Source: an uncultured Planctomycetota bacterium
Lineage (GTDB): Bacteria > Planctomycetota > Planctomycetia > Isosphaerales > Isosphaeraceae
Reading direction: 5' to 3'
DNA length: 64,000 nucleotides
Assembly: GCA_963823665.1 (NCBI GenBank)
Contig: CAWGMQ010000010.1
Span: 768,001 to 832,000 of the forward strand
Position 1 is the stretch's first letter. Each line of letters starts with the position of its first letter. The notes beneath the pieces are model-generated. The model searched no databases. It was not told the DNA's origin and saw nothing but the letters and a program-made list of their open reading frames with translations. The position numbers and the translations under genes are program-made. This document shows positions 20,634 to 31,384 of this stretch, one piece after another.

Positions 20634-22534
20634 ATGTCCCCGTTGGCGTCTCTTCAGCAGGCCACGCTCAAGAGCGAGCGAATCCGGATCATCGGGCTGA
20701 TCCTCGTGGTCTGCTTCATCCAGGTCGTGATCGCGATCCGAGCCCTGTTCGGGGGCGTGCCGGAACAACTCGACTTGCTGCCTCGTTTCACCGTGCTGAT
20801 GCTGGCCTCCGTGGCCTATGAGAGTCTGATGCTCGGCATGGTGAGCCGGGCAATCAAGAGGGGGAGCGATCTACCCCTCTGGGCCTGGTCGGCCAACGCC
20901 GGGATCGAGGCCTTGATCCCGACGATCATGCTCATCTTGCTCACCGAAAGTCCGTTCATGGGGCCCTACCGGGCCCTGAGCGCTCCGGCGACCCACGGCT
21001 ATTACATCTTCATCATCCTCTCGACCCTGCGGCTTCGACCGGGCCTCTGCTTCTTGACCGGCCTGGCCTCGGCGCTGGGCTTCGCCGCCGTCACGGCTTA
21101 CACATTCGTCGTGCTACCCGGACAGGCCCGGGTTCGGCCGGCCCGGTCTATCCGCTCCAGGTGTACGCCACTTTCGGCATTCTTTACCTGACCTGTGGCA
21201 CGATCGCGGCGTGGCTCTCCAGCCAGTTTCGCCGGCACGTCCTGGCCGCCCTTGGCGAGGCCGCGATCCGCGGTCAGTACGAGCGGCTGGTGCGTGAGAT
21301 CGCCCAGCGCGAACGGGCCGAGCAGGCGCTGCGAGCCTCGGAGCGTCGCTACCGGCAGCTCACGGAAGAAACGCGCGACGCCATCGTGGTTGCCGACCAG
21401 CAGGGATTGATCACGCTCTTCAACCCCGCCGCCCAGACGATCTTCGGCTACTCGGAAGCCTGAGGTCCGCGGTCAGCCGCTCACGATCCTGATGCCCGCG
21501 GAATTCCACGAGGCCCACTGCGGCGGGTTCCAGCGCTATCTGGATACGAGAGAACCCCGGATCATCGGCCGTACGGTCGAGCTGCGCGGCCGGCGCAAGA
21601 GCGGTGAGATCTTCCCTCTGGAGATGTCGCTTTCGGCAATCGATCTGCCGGACGGAGTCGGTTTCCTGGGCGCGATCCGCGACCTGACCGAGCGGGTGCG
21701 TCTGCAAGGGCGGATCGTCCAGGCGGAGAAGCTGGCTTCGCTCGGATTGCTCAGTGCCGGCGTGGCACACGAGATCAACAACCCGCTGGCCTATGTGATC
21801 AACAACCTCGCTGTGCTCGATCGTGACTTCCACGGACTGGCCAGGGTCCTGGCGGAGTACGAAGAGGCCCGGCCGATTCTCGATGACGATCGATCCCGAG
21901 ATGGCGGAACGGATCGCCGGGCTCACGCTGGAGCACGACCTGCCCTACATCCAGGAGAACCTCGGCCCGATTCTGAAGAGCACGCGGCAAGGGGCCAAGC
22001 GAGTGTCCGAGCATCGTGGAGAACCTGCGCGAGTTTGCCCGGCTCGACCAGGCCGCCATCGACCGGGTGGACCTGAATGCGGCGATCGCGCGCTGCCTGG
22101 AGCTGATCCGGGGCCGGCTGGAAGGGCACCAGATCGACGTGGTACAGAAGCTCGGTGAGATCCCTCCGATCGTCTGCGCCCCGGCCCAGATCAACCAGGT
22201 GATCCTGAACCTTCTGCTCAATGCCCAGCAGGCGATCGAGGAGACAGGACGTGACGGTGGTCGAATCGAGATCAGCACTCAGGCAAACCGACGCGAGGTG
22301 TCCTGGAGATCGCCGACGATGGCTGCGGCATCCCGGCGGAGATTCACTCGCGGATCTTCGACGCGTTCTTCACCACCAAACCCGTCGGCGAAGGAACTGG
22401 ACTGGGCTTGAGCATCAGCCACAGCATCGTCGTCCGATCATGGGGGTCGCATCGAGCTCGAGAGCGCCCCCGGCCAGGGCGCTCGCTTCAGTATCATTCT
22501 TCCGCTTGAGCGAAAAGGAACAGACCAGTCGTGA
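20634..22534 (+). CDS. Membrane-bound PAS sensor histidine kinase (multiple frameshifts; possible pseudogene)
   Basis: TM domain, PAS ([26 protein letters not shown]...[16 protein letters not shown]), H-box [22 protein letters not shown]-box [17 protein letters not shown]-box [16 protein letters not shown]; frame breaks near 21140, 21460, 21885, 22010, 22300 and 22435. Confidence 0.85.
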
Positions 22535-22793
22535 AAGCGGCGATGAAAGGCCTGCGCCTTTTCGAATCAGGCGTCGTTTCGAATGGTCGCCTGTGCAAGT
22601 TCCCTATACGTCCACGAAAGAGGTTAGAATAACGTTCGAGCAGGAGGTCACCCTCGACCTTGAACAGACTTACGCCAGGGCGGCCGAGGATGCTTATCAC
22701 ACTTGATGGAACGCCGGACTGACCAAGAACAAGGCTGCGGACCGCGTTTCGGGACAGGAGGGAGATATTTGGGCCAAGTCGCTGACTTCCCGG

Positions 22794-23455
22794 ATGATCG
22801 TCTTATCGGTGGCGCTGGCCGCCGCGGTCCAGACTCGGGATGCCGCGGGCGCGGATGACCCGTCGCTGCCCAAGGAGCCGCGGTTCACCTTGAAAGACCA
22901 CAAGGATGTCGCCTGGTGCGTGATGTTTGCGCCGGACGGGAAGTCGATGATCACTTGCTCGGGCAACCGAGACGCGAGTGCCGGCGAGATCCAGAAATAT
23001 GATATCAGCACGGGTAAGCCGGTACCGGCGTTCGTCGCTGAAGAGGGTCATGACGTTCGCTGGCTTTGTTTCGCCCCGGACGGCAAGACGTTTGCAACGG
23101 CCGAGTATGACGGGAAGGTGAGAATTCGAGATGCGAAGGCCGGCAAGGCGGGTGTCGAATTCGAAGCGCATCAATGGGGCGTGCAATGCCTCAAGTTCAC
23201 CGGCGATCGCAAGACGCTGGTCACGTGCGGCCGGGACGGGACGGCCAAGGTTTGGGACGTTGTCACTCGAAAGCTCTCGTCTGCGGGACCGATGCCGGCT
23301 TGCTCAAGCTGTGGGACGTGGCAGGGTGGCTCGAACGCAACACGATCCAGGCCCACGACGCGAGCGTCCGCGCGATCGCTTTTTCCGCCGACGGCAAGCT
23401 GATGGCGACGGCGAGTCACGATCGAACGGTCAAACTCTGGGATGCGCCGCGTTGA
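22794..23455 (+). pseudogene. Exported WD40 protein, shortened and frame-broken near 23275
   Basis: Signal-like MIVLSVALAAAVQ; only 4-5 blades (FAPDGK, FSADGKLMATASHDRTVKLWD) with a mid-blade junction. Confidence 0.65.
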
Positions 23456-23622
23456 GAATTCTCGACTTGCGCCCCAATTCATCTCAAATCTTAAAGATTC
23501 GAAGTCGCGTCTTTCGATCAAATCCATGACCCTTGTTGAGTGCCCTCGCCGACATGCTTCCCTCTTGACGGCGAAACAGACCCTGGCTGCGTTGAGCGGG
23601 ATCACCCCCGAGGAGCCTCTTC

Positions 23623-24951
23623 ATGATGTTCGCGAAGGCCCGAAAGTTTCCCTCGTCTCGCACGCGTACCCGTCGGATTCTCGTCTCGACCGTCGAGCTT
23701 CTCGAGGTGCGGTCGTTGCTGAGCTCGACCCCGGTCATCGTCTGGCAGATGGATCCGCAGATCTCGCTCGATCCCGCCCACGGGGACGAGCCCGACCTAC
23801 CTAACACGTCGGCGTATGTCAATCCTCCGGGCGGATACGGCTTGACGCTCGACGCCTCCCAGTCGACCGGCATTCTGCCGACTTCCACGTTCGCGTGGAC
23901 GGTGACCGGCCCGGGCCGCCACGTGATGCATCTCACCGGCGAAAGTCCGGCCCTCAGCTTGCCTCAAGGGAAATACAAGGTGAAGCTCGAGGCGAGCGGC
24001 CTTGCCGGCACCACGGATCCCCTCACAACGTCCACCACGATCCAGGTCAAGGACCTCTTGATCGTCTCGATCGGCGACTCGTTCGCCTCGGGCGAGGGCA
24101 ATCCGGTGGTCCCAGCCGACGAGTCACCCGGTGGAGCGCAATGGGCTTACTCATCCGACCCTGCAATGAACCTGCAGAACGCCGATGCCCACCGCTCGAC
24201 CATCTCAGGCCCCGCGCAATTCGCCCTCGAGCTTCAGGAGGAAAACCCACACGAGGCGGTCACGTTCGTCTCCGTGGCCAACTCGGGCGCCTCGATCAGC
24301 CAGGGGTTGCTCGGCACGATGCAGAGCATCGGCAACCCCTCGGTGCAGCTCCCTGCCGAGATCGCCGAGCTCAAGCAGATCATCGGCAAGCGGGCCCCCA
24401 ACGTCTTGACGCTCTCGATCGGTGCCAACGATATCGGCTTCGTCACCCAGGTTGAGGGCCTGATCGGGAATACTTCGACAGGCAGCCCGTCGCTGGCTGC
24501 CATCCAGTCGAACGTGAGCGCTGGCCTGAAGACGCTGCCGGGTCTCTATTCCAAGCTCAACAAGGCGATCAAGCGGCTGCACGCCGGGAAGTTGCTGATC
24601 ACCGATTACCCGGATCAGACGCGCAACCAGAATGGGGTCAGCTCGTCCATCCCCGGGCCGGCCGGAACCACCCTGATCAACACGAGCGACGCCCAGTTCT
24701 TGTCGGCGAACATCACGATCCCACTCAATAACGCGATCTCCGCCGCCGCCAAGGCGAACCACTGGAAGCTCGTCGATATTTCCCCGGCTTTCTCCACCCA
24801 CGGCTATCCTTCCACGGAGACCTGGATCCGCCAGCTCGACCAGTCGCTCGAGATTGAAGGTAACGTCGACGGATTCTTCCACCCCAACGCGACTGGCGAG
24901 CAAGCCATCGGCCAGCTTCTGCTCGCGGCATATCAGGGGACGACTCAGTAG
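23623..24951 (+). CDS. Extracellular SGNH/GDSL hydrolase with planctomycete LEPR-xLL-like export signal and PKD-like domain
   Basis: VELLEVRSLLS; LTLDASQS...FAWTV...GKYKVKL; SGNH blocks SIGDSFASGEG, VANSGA, SIGANDIGF, DGFFHPN. Confidence 0.85.
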   Translation: MMFAKARKFPSSRTRTRRILVSTVELLEVRSLLSSTPVIVWQMDPQISLDPAHGDEPDLPNTSAYVNPPGGYGLTLDASQSTGILPTSTFAWTVTGPGRHVMHLTGESPALSLPQGKYKVKLEASGLAGTTDPLTTSTTIQVKDLLIVSIGDSFASGEGNPVVPADESPGGAQWAYSSDPAMNLQNADAHRSTISGPAQFALELQEENPHEAVTFVSVANSGASISQGLLGTMQSIGNPSVQLPAEIAELKQIIGKRAPNVLTLSIGANDIGFVTQVEGLIGNTSTGSPSLAAIQSNVSAGLKTLPGLYSKLNKAIKRLHAGKLLITDYPDQTRNQNGVSSSIPGPAGTTLINTSDAQFLSANITIPLNNAISAAAKANHWKLVDISPAFSTHGYPSTETWIRQLDQSLEIEGNVDGFFHPNATGEQAIGQLLLAAYQGTTQ

Positions 24952-25006
24952 GCATCCCCGCTCACAACTGATCTCGCTGGGACAGATGAGCAGTCTGAGC
25001 GTCTTC

Positions 25007-28000
25007 TCATCGAGCGCGACGCTGCGCAGGCTCGGCCGGCATTCGAGTTCTGGCAATTTCCTTTCGCCGGCGTCGCCGGTCTTGCGAAAACAGGGATTTC
25101 AGGCGTGGCAGGTGATCTTTCTGCACACCTTCTTCCACGTCAATTAGCTGGGCGCGAAGCTTGTCTGCGGCAGATGTATTCGGGCTGCGCTTGATCGAAC
25201 GGGGCGCGAATTTCGTCCATCCATGGATTAATGTTTCACAGAACTCCGTGATGCCGGGCGTTTCGAAGTGCCGCCACAGGTCGGCGGTCTCGTTATTGCT
25301 CTTCCAGGCGCTCAGACGATTGCTTTCGCCGGCGCGGCCGACGTTTTTTTCGAAGAACAGGAACGCGGTCAGGAACCGTAGCCAGAGCGATTCCACCTCC
25401 TCCCAGCGGATGTCATCGTTCCAACAGAGGTCGACGACGTCGCCGAGTGCCCGCAGACCCTGCTGGATCGAAGTGTCGGTGGGCGAGTCGACGGGAGCTG
25501 GCTCTGCTCTGCGTTTCTTGTCGTCTGCCAGATGGCTTCGTTTCGCTTGCCCGCCGCCGCGCTCCCAGGCGAGGTACAACAGATTCTCGGCCTGAAGGTA
25601 GGCCTCTAACAGCCCGAGGCGCGCCCAGCGTTCTACGTCCGGCCGGCTGCGGAGGAGGGTCGACCGGGCTTGTTCGAGCGCAACAGCCGCGTGATTCAGC
25701 TTGGCCTTCACCTCGGCCTTTAGATTCTCGAACGCTGCCGCCGGACCATTGAGCCACCGCACGCTCGAGCCGGCGAGCTTCGTCAGGCGTAGATTCTTGG
25801 CGCTTTATTTCCGTCGGCGAGCAAGGCCGCGGCGAGAATGAGCGACTCGGCAGCCTGGAGCCGGATGTCCGTCAGGTCGTCGTTATCGCCAGCACCGTGT
25901 CCCGCGAAGACGGCGGCCTGAGCCTCGTCAAGGGCCCGATTGGGGAACGTTCCCTGGAGGGTGAGCAGCCGCGCTTCGAGAAGCAGTTGAGAGGAATGCA
26001 AGTGGGGGAACACGGCGGACGATAAGTCGCAAGGCATTTGCAGGATCTTACCCAGTTCTTGCGAACAGCCTTCCGCCTCCTTGATGCGAACAAGAGCGCC
26101 GGGCGGGCTGACCAGAACGTCTGGTGGCGGCCGACGCTGCCAGTTCCAGTGTTGGACCTGGCGGAGGGAGAGATCGGCCAGGGCGAGCTGGCACTCGCTT
26201 TGGATCTCGGTTGCTTCGCGGAGCTCAAGGACTTGCTGATTCGGCGTGCGTGTCTTTCTGAGCCGGCGCGAGACGCGCACGGAAATCCGGGTTGCCTTCT
26301 CGAGAGACTCTCGCGCATTCGCGAATTCGAGGCGGCCCGACAGGCAGCGGCCAATCTCTTTGTGGAGAACGGCTCGCCTGAGGAGGGTTCCGGGTCCGAA
26401 CCGCGGGCGAGCGTTGCCGCCGGCTTTTTGTGCGCTTCTCGGGGGCGCAAGCTGCTTCCTCCTGATGGCCAGCGACGTTTCGAAATCTGTCACCAGGAAG
26501 TACACGCGGGCTCGCAGCTCATGAAGCTGCCCACGCAAGTTGCGCGTGGCATCGGCGACCTGGTTTTGAGCACGGTGGCCGCCAAGGGGGGGTAGGAAAC
26601 AATCGAGCTGCGAAGCCAGGGCTCGTATCCAGACGACGACGCGGGACGGGGAGCCCATCACCAACGTGGCCGACGTTTGCTTGAGGAGCGCCCTGACCTT
26701 TCGGATCAAACGCGAACGGTCCTCACGGTTTTCGAATCCTGGCTCTCGGGAGGCCGCGACCAGGTGGTAGGCCGCCTCATAAAGGGACGGCAAACTATCC
26801 GACTGGCGGAGCAGGTCCGTGTACTCATCGGCGATCGCTTCGTGGATCTCGGCCCTGCGCACCTCGAGGACGCCACGGTCCCACAGCATCGAGCGGTAGA
26901 TGAAGTCCCGCGTTTGGTTGTGCATCCAGTAGAAGCCTCCTTCCAGGTTGATCAGCAGGCGGAACTGGTTGAGATCATTCATTATCTGGTCGAACTGCAT
27001 GTCCGCCTGCTCGCGAGAGAGGTTGCTGAAGATCTCGAATCTGTCAGCTAAATGGCGGAGGTTGATGATGCTTCGGGGGCGGCGAAACGTGGAAGCGATG
27101 GTCAAGAGTGCGCGGTACGCGGGCTCGGGGACTGCGGTCTTGGACCGAGTGTTCGCCCGACAAATCATCACTTCGTAGAGCGTATGCGTGGTCACCTCTA
27201 GCAGGCGCGGCGTGTCGCCTTCGAGTTTCTGGATTTTCATCTTCGCATCCGAGATCAGCGCTTTGACGTGCGCGTTGCGCTTCAGCTTTCCTCCCGCAAG
27301 TGCGCGTTCGAGGACTGTTGTCAGGTATGCGGACTGGCCCGCCTTGGGGGCGGCGGGCCCGACGATGTCGCATGCGATGTAGTTCAGTTGGGAGACGACG
27401 TAATCGAATAGCGGCAGGGCTTGCGGCACCACTTTGGTCGCCTCCAAGGGGGTCAGTGCGACGCAGAGCTTCGATTCGCCGAGCTGGTCCAACGCACCTG
27501 ACCCACCCTTGTTCCCCGCGATGCACCGCAGAAAAGCATAGAGCAGCAAGGATTGCCAGAGCGCCTCCTTCATGTGTGATTTGAAGCGCCGGTCGTAGAC
27601 GCTGTGTGCGAAGTCGTGGCGGCCGAATTCGCCGGCTGAGTCGAGCGACACCACATACTTGCCACGCCTCAGCGCGTAGACTAACTGATTCGCAAGGGGC
27701 CGGGCGATTTGCTCGGCGATTCCCAGGGCGTCGTCGAAGTTCTGAGCGGACGGCGCTTCTGCTTTGAGGGCGGCGAGCGCCTTCTTCCGTAGCGCCTTTT
27801 CGTGTTTCCCGGGGGGCAGGACAAGGGTCTTTGGGGTCACGCTCGTGTCATAGTGGCGAATCTGGTCGAGGAGCATGGCCACCAAAGCGCGGAGAGTCGG
27901 AATCTCCGCGAGTGCGCACCAGATGGATTGGTGCGAGGCATCGACGTTGCGGACATGCGCGGCGAGCCGCGACGTCGTGCCCGAACCGGCCTTGTAGCAA

Positions 28001-29611
28001 GCGTAGATCGTGACGCTCTGTATCAGTCGTGCCGAGTCGTCCTCTAGAACGCGCAGGGTTGGCTTCGCCGCATCGGTCGCGACACGCAAGGTCGCGGCCC
28101 CTTCGCGGCGGTGCCCGCGGTCGGGATCTTCCTCGAACGGGGGTACCATCTCGAGCGATGGGTACGGCGTTCGGCTGGCGGGATGGAGGCCCACGAGCCG
28201 CGCGTGCAACTCTCGGAGAAATAGTCCGCCGCTACGATATCTCACGACCGACACGGTGCCGCTGTTCGAAGCCAACTGCGCAGCTTGCGACACGCTGTTC
28301 GGGACGCTGTCGCGGTAGACCCACAGGATCTTCGGGACCTTCAACTTCTTGTAGTCGTGGTTCAAGGCGAGACGATCGATCAGGCTCATTACCCGTCGGT
28401 CGGCGCCGCCATAGCCAATGACCAGCACGAGCGCGTCGTTCGGGAAGTAGTCGACGAATCGCGTGAGGTTCGCCTCGTCGAGGGGCACGTCCAAGCTCTC
28501 GCCGACGCGTAACCCAAACGTGCCGCCGTGGAGCTTGACCACCGAGGGATTGTCATCGAAAAGACTCGCATCGGGAATCGGTCCGTTTTCGGGCAATTCG
28601 AAGACGGCAGGGTCGATCATCTGCGCGGAGAGACTGCTCGATCCGTGTGTCAAAATTGGTCGTCAGCCAGAGATTCCAGCGAAGGCTTTCCGTCAGCAGA
28701 GCGAGAATCTGGTAACCGGGCGACGGCAGGCCGTTGCGGACGAGTTGATCAAACAGCGAGTCGGCGAGCGCCGGGTTACCCAAGGTGAGCATGCGCATGA
28801 GCGCCCGCCAGTCGACTCGAAGTTTCCGCAGTGCGCTCGCACGCAGATTGTTCAGCCGGCCGACGATCGTCAGTTCGGTGGACGGGCCGTCGCGTTGTTC
28901 GGACGCATCGATGCGGGTCCCGGCGGTCTCCGGCGGCCCGACCATCGCATTCGATCGGACCGATCGATGGTCTGGCTTGTGATGCTGATATTGCTTGATC
29001 ACTTCGATTAGCGCGTCTTCCATCGCTTCGAACGCGCCGCCCTTGGGGCATCCTTCGTGTGGGGTCTGGGTTGTGAAGACGCCGGTCAGCGCCGGCTGTT
29101 CCCGCTGCAGGTAGTCGTTGATCACCTGGAGCCGGACGCCGCCCAGGGGGTTGCCTGCAGGTTCGGCGAACTGCTTCTGGAACGAGTTGGACGATTTTTC
29201 ATGCGTCCAGTTGGCCAGTGAGCTCGGGTCATTGTGGTATACCGTCAGCAGTTCGGTGTTAAGCAGGTGCAGGTCGGGCCAGCCGGCCTCGAGGAGGTAG
29301 TCGTGGTAGATCGAAAGGGAGGCCGATTCCGCGCTCGGCCCATCGGCATTTTGTCCTTTCTGATTCAAACTTCGCCGGCGCTTCACGTCGATCATCGTCT
29401 TTACCTTGGCGAAGTAGTCGATGAGCATCTCCGTCGTCGGAATACCGGACTCGACCGAGAGTCCGGCCCCGACGAGAGGGACAATCGGCACTCCCTTGCG
29501 TAGCGCGATCGTGATCTGCTCGAAAGCCTCGAGCGGGGTCAGCCTGCGGTAATGAGTGCGCTCACGTTCCTTGTCGCCTGAACGTGCGCGTTGTTGCCGC
29601 GATTCGCCCAT
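25007..29611 (-). CDS. Very large SIR2-family protein with degenerate STAND-like NTPase, winged-helix and TPR-like region (frameshifts near 28625 and 25785)
   Basis: PLVGAGLSVESGIPT, WLTTNFDTRIEQ, VVKLHGG, LVIGYGGAD (SIR2_2 motifs); IYACYKAGSGTTSRL (Walker A-like), YVVSLDSAGEF (Walker B-like); FYWMHNQTRDFI, IHEAIADEY, YEAAYHL; helical repeats. Three consecutive ORFs join without gaps. Confidence 0.78.
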
Positions 29612-29667
29612 AGGATTGCCCTCGGAGAGTACGGCGGGCAGGTTTCGCTTATTCGTCGACTCCGTTC

Positions 29668-30381
29668 TTACTTGCTACCGTCGCGCCACACGCCGTCGCG
29701 ACCGAGGCTCTGGTTGGGCCGGAAGCTCGCCTTGTATTTTAGCGACGGCGAGAGGTCTCCGTGATAGCCGAGATAGACGTGAGGCAGATTGAGCGCCCTG
29801 GCCCGGTCGAGGAGACAGAGCACGTTCCAGATTCCGAGCGAGCGGTCGGCGTGACTGGGGTCGCGAACGAAATAGATCGCCGAAAGGCCACCCGGCAGCT
29901 CATCAACGTAACCGACTCCGACGAGCGCGTCGTCAAGGAAATAACACCACTCTTGCGTGGGGAAGGGGTTCAAGACGAAGCTGCTGGCGAAATCCTTCAA
30001 GTCGCCGGGAGCGTAGGCTGGCCAGCGTCTTGTTTGGGACCGATCGGCGTGGAATCGGTCGAACAGCGTGACCTTTTCGGACGTCACTGCCGGCGTGCCG
30101 ATCTGGAAGCGGACGACCCCCTGGTTCGCCTGTCGAGTTCGGCGCTGACTGCGGTCGGGCCGGAAGCGGGCGGCATCCACTCGCAGCGAGCGGCAGGCCC
30201 CGCTGCCTGAGCAAGTCTGCCGGAAAACCGTGTGACCGAACCGCCGCCAGCCCGCGAGCAGGTGCGCCATATACTCGCTGGGGTCCAGCCTCGATACCCA
30301 CAGATATTCACGCTCGCAAGTGTGGTCAGGCTGATAGGGGCACGGGCTCGCGGGCTCGGTAAAGCGGCTGATGGTCTCCAT
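29668..30381 (-). CDS. bpt: ATE-family aminoacyl-tRNA--protein transferase (bacterial Asp/Glu leucyltransferase Bpt)
   Basis: SPCPY, LLAGWRRFG, CRSLRVD..F.PDRSQRR, LSAIYF..DP, RSLGIWNVL, HVYLGY, LKYKASFRP. Confidence 0.88.
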   Translation of the reverse strand: METISRFTEPASPCPYQPDHTCEREYLWVSRLDPSEYMAHLLAGWRRFGHTVFRQTCSGSGACRSLRVDAARFRPDRSQRRTRQANQGVVRFQIGTPAVTSEKVTLFDRFHADRSQTRRWPAYAPGDLKDFASSFVLNPFPTQEWCYFLDDALVGVGYVDELPGGLSAIYFVRDPSHADRSLGIWNVLCLLDRARALNLPHVYLGYHGDLSPSLKYKASFRPNQSLGRDGVWRDGSK

Positions 30382-30452
30382 GACGAATTTCCCAAGCGCA
30401 GAAGGAACCGTCGCGTCGACGACGAGAACCCCCGGAGGAATGACGCAACAGC

Positions 30453-31169
30453 TCAGAACCATTCGTTCTTAGGTACGTTATAAGGATCGTCGTCGTCGTC
30501 GAACTCATCCGCGTCGAGCGCATCGGCTGAGTCAAATTCACCCTCGATGTCGGCAGCGGAAGCTTCGATCAAGAAGTGCCCGCCCGCAGCCTGGATCCGC
30601 TGCATGATGGCCGCGGCCTCTGCGGACGATTCATGCGGGCCCTGAACATAGAACGGCTTGCCGTTGCGTCCGAACGTGAATTGTTCGGGGCAGGCCGAGG
30701 GATCGATCCCGGCCAGCAGTCTCGCTGCATGGCGGTAGTCGGGGTGGGGCGGCAGGCCGAACGATCCGGCGTAGTCGACGGCTCCCTGCACAATCTTCAC
30801 GAGACAGGCGGGAGCAATGGCAGTCACCTTCTGCGTTTCGTTCATTCGCCCAACCAAGTCGTCGAAGTCTTGCTGCGTGCCTGCTTTCCAGAACGCATTT
30901 TTCACTCCAAGGCAATGCACATCCACGAGGAAAACGGCGAAGACAAGCTGTCCTTCGGACTCGCGCCGGGCGATCGCCAGGGACCCGATCCCGCCCTTCC
31001 AGATGTTGGTCGAGACTACCGCCGTTGTCACGGGCCATTTCTCGGCTGATTGAAGGCGGACATTGGGGTCGATCGAGCTGCGCATTTGCAACTTGGAACG
31101 CTTTGCTGCGCGCTTGGCCTTTTGTTTCGCGACTCGCTTCTGCTGCCGCGCTCCGTGATTACCGGCCAT
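30453..31169 (-). CDS. Conserved hypothetical protein (basic N-terminus, acidic tail)
   Basis: GGAGGAGG RBS; RQQKRVAKQKAKR; FLVDVHCLGVKNAF, GAVDYAGSFGLPPHPDY, FTFGRNGKPFYVQGP. Confidence 0.8.
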   Translation of the reverse strand: MAGNHGARQQKRVAKQKAKRAAKRSKLQMRSSIDPNVRLQSAEKWPVTTAVVSTNIWKGGIGSLAIARRESEGQLVFAVFLVDVHCLGVKNAFWKAGTQQDFDDLVGRMNETQKVTAIAPACLVKIVQGAVDYAGSFGLPPHPDYRHAARLLAGIDPSACPEQFTFGRNGKPFYVQGPHESSAEAAAIMQRIQAAGGHFLIEASAADIEGEFDSADALDADEFDDDDDPYNVPKNEWF

Positions 31170-31384
31170 TTCCGAGCCTCCTCCTGATTTTGTCGACGTG
31201 GCACGTCATTTCCGATTGAACTTGAGCAGCTCGAAGACGAGAGCCGCCGTGGCACCGCAGGCGAACAGCGAGGACGCCCATTGCGGTGAAAGCGACGTGA
31301 TGATACCAAAAGACGCACGCACTCGTGAACCCTCACCGAGGCCGAGGCGGCGGTCAGCGTCGATTATCCGGGGAGCGTACCGGT

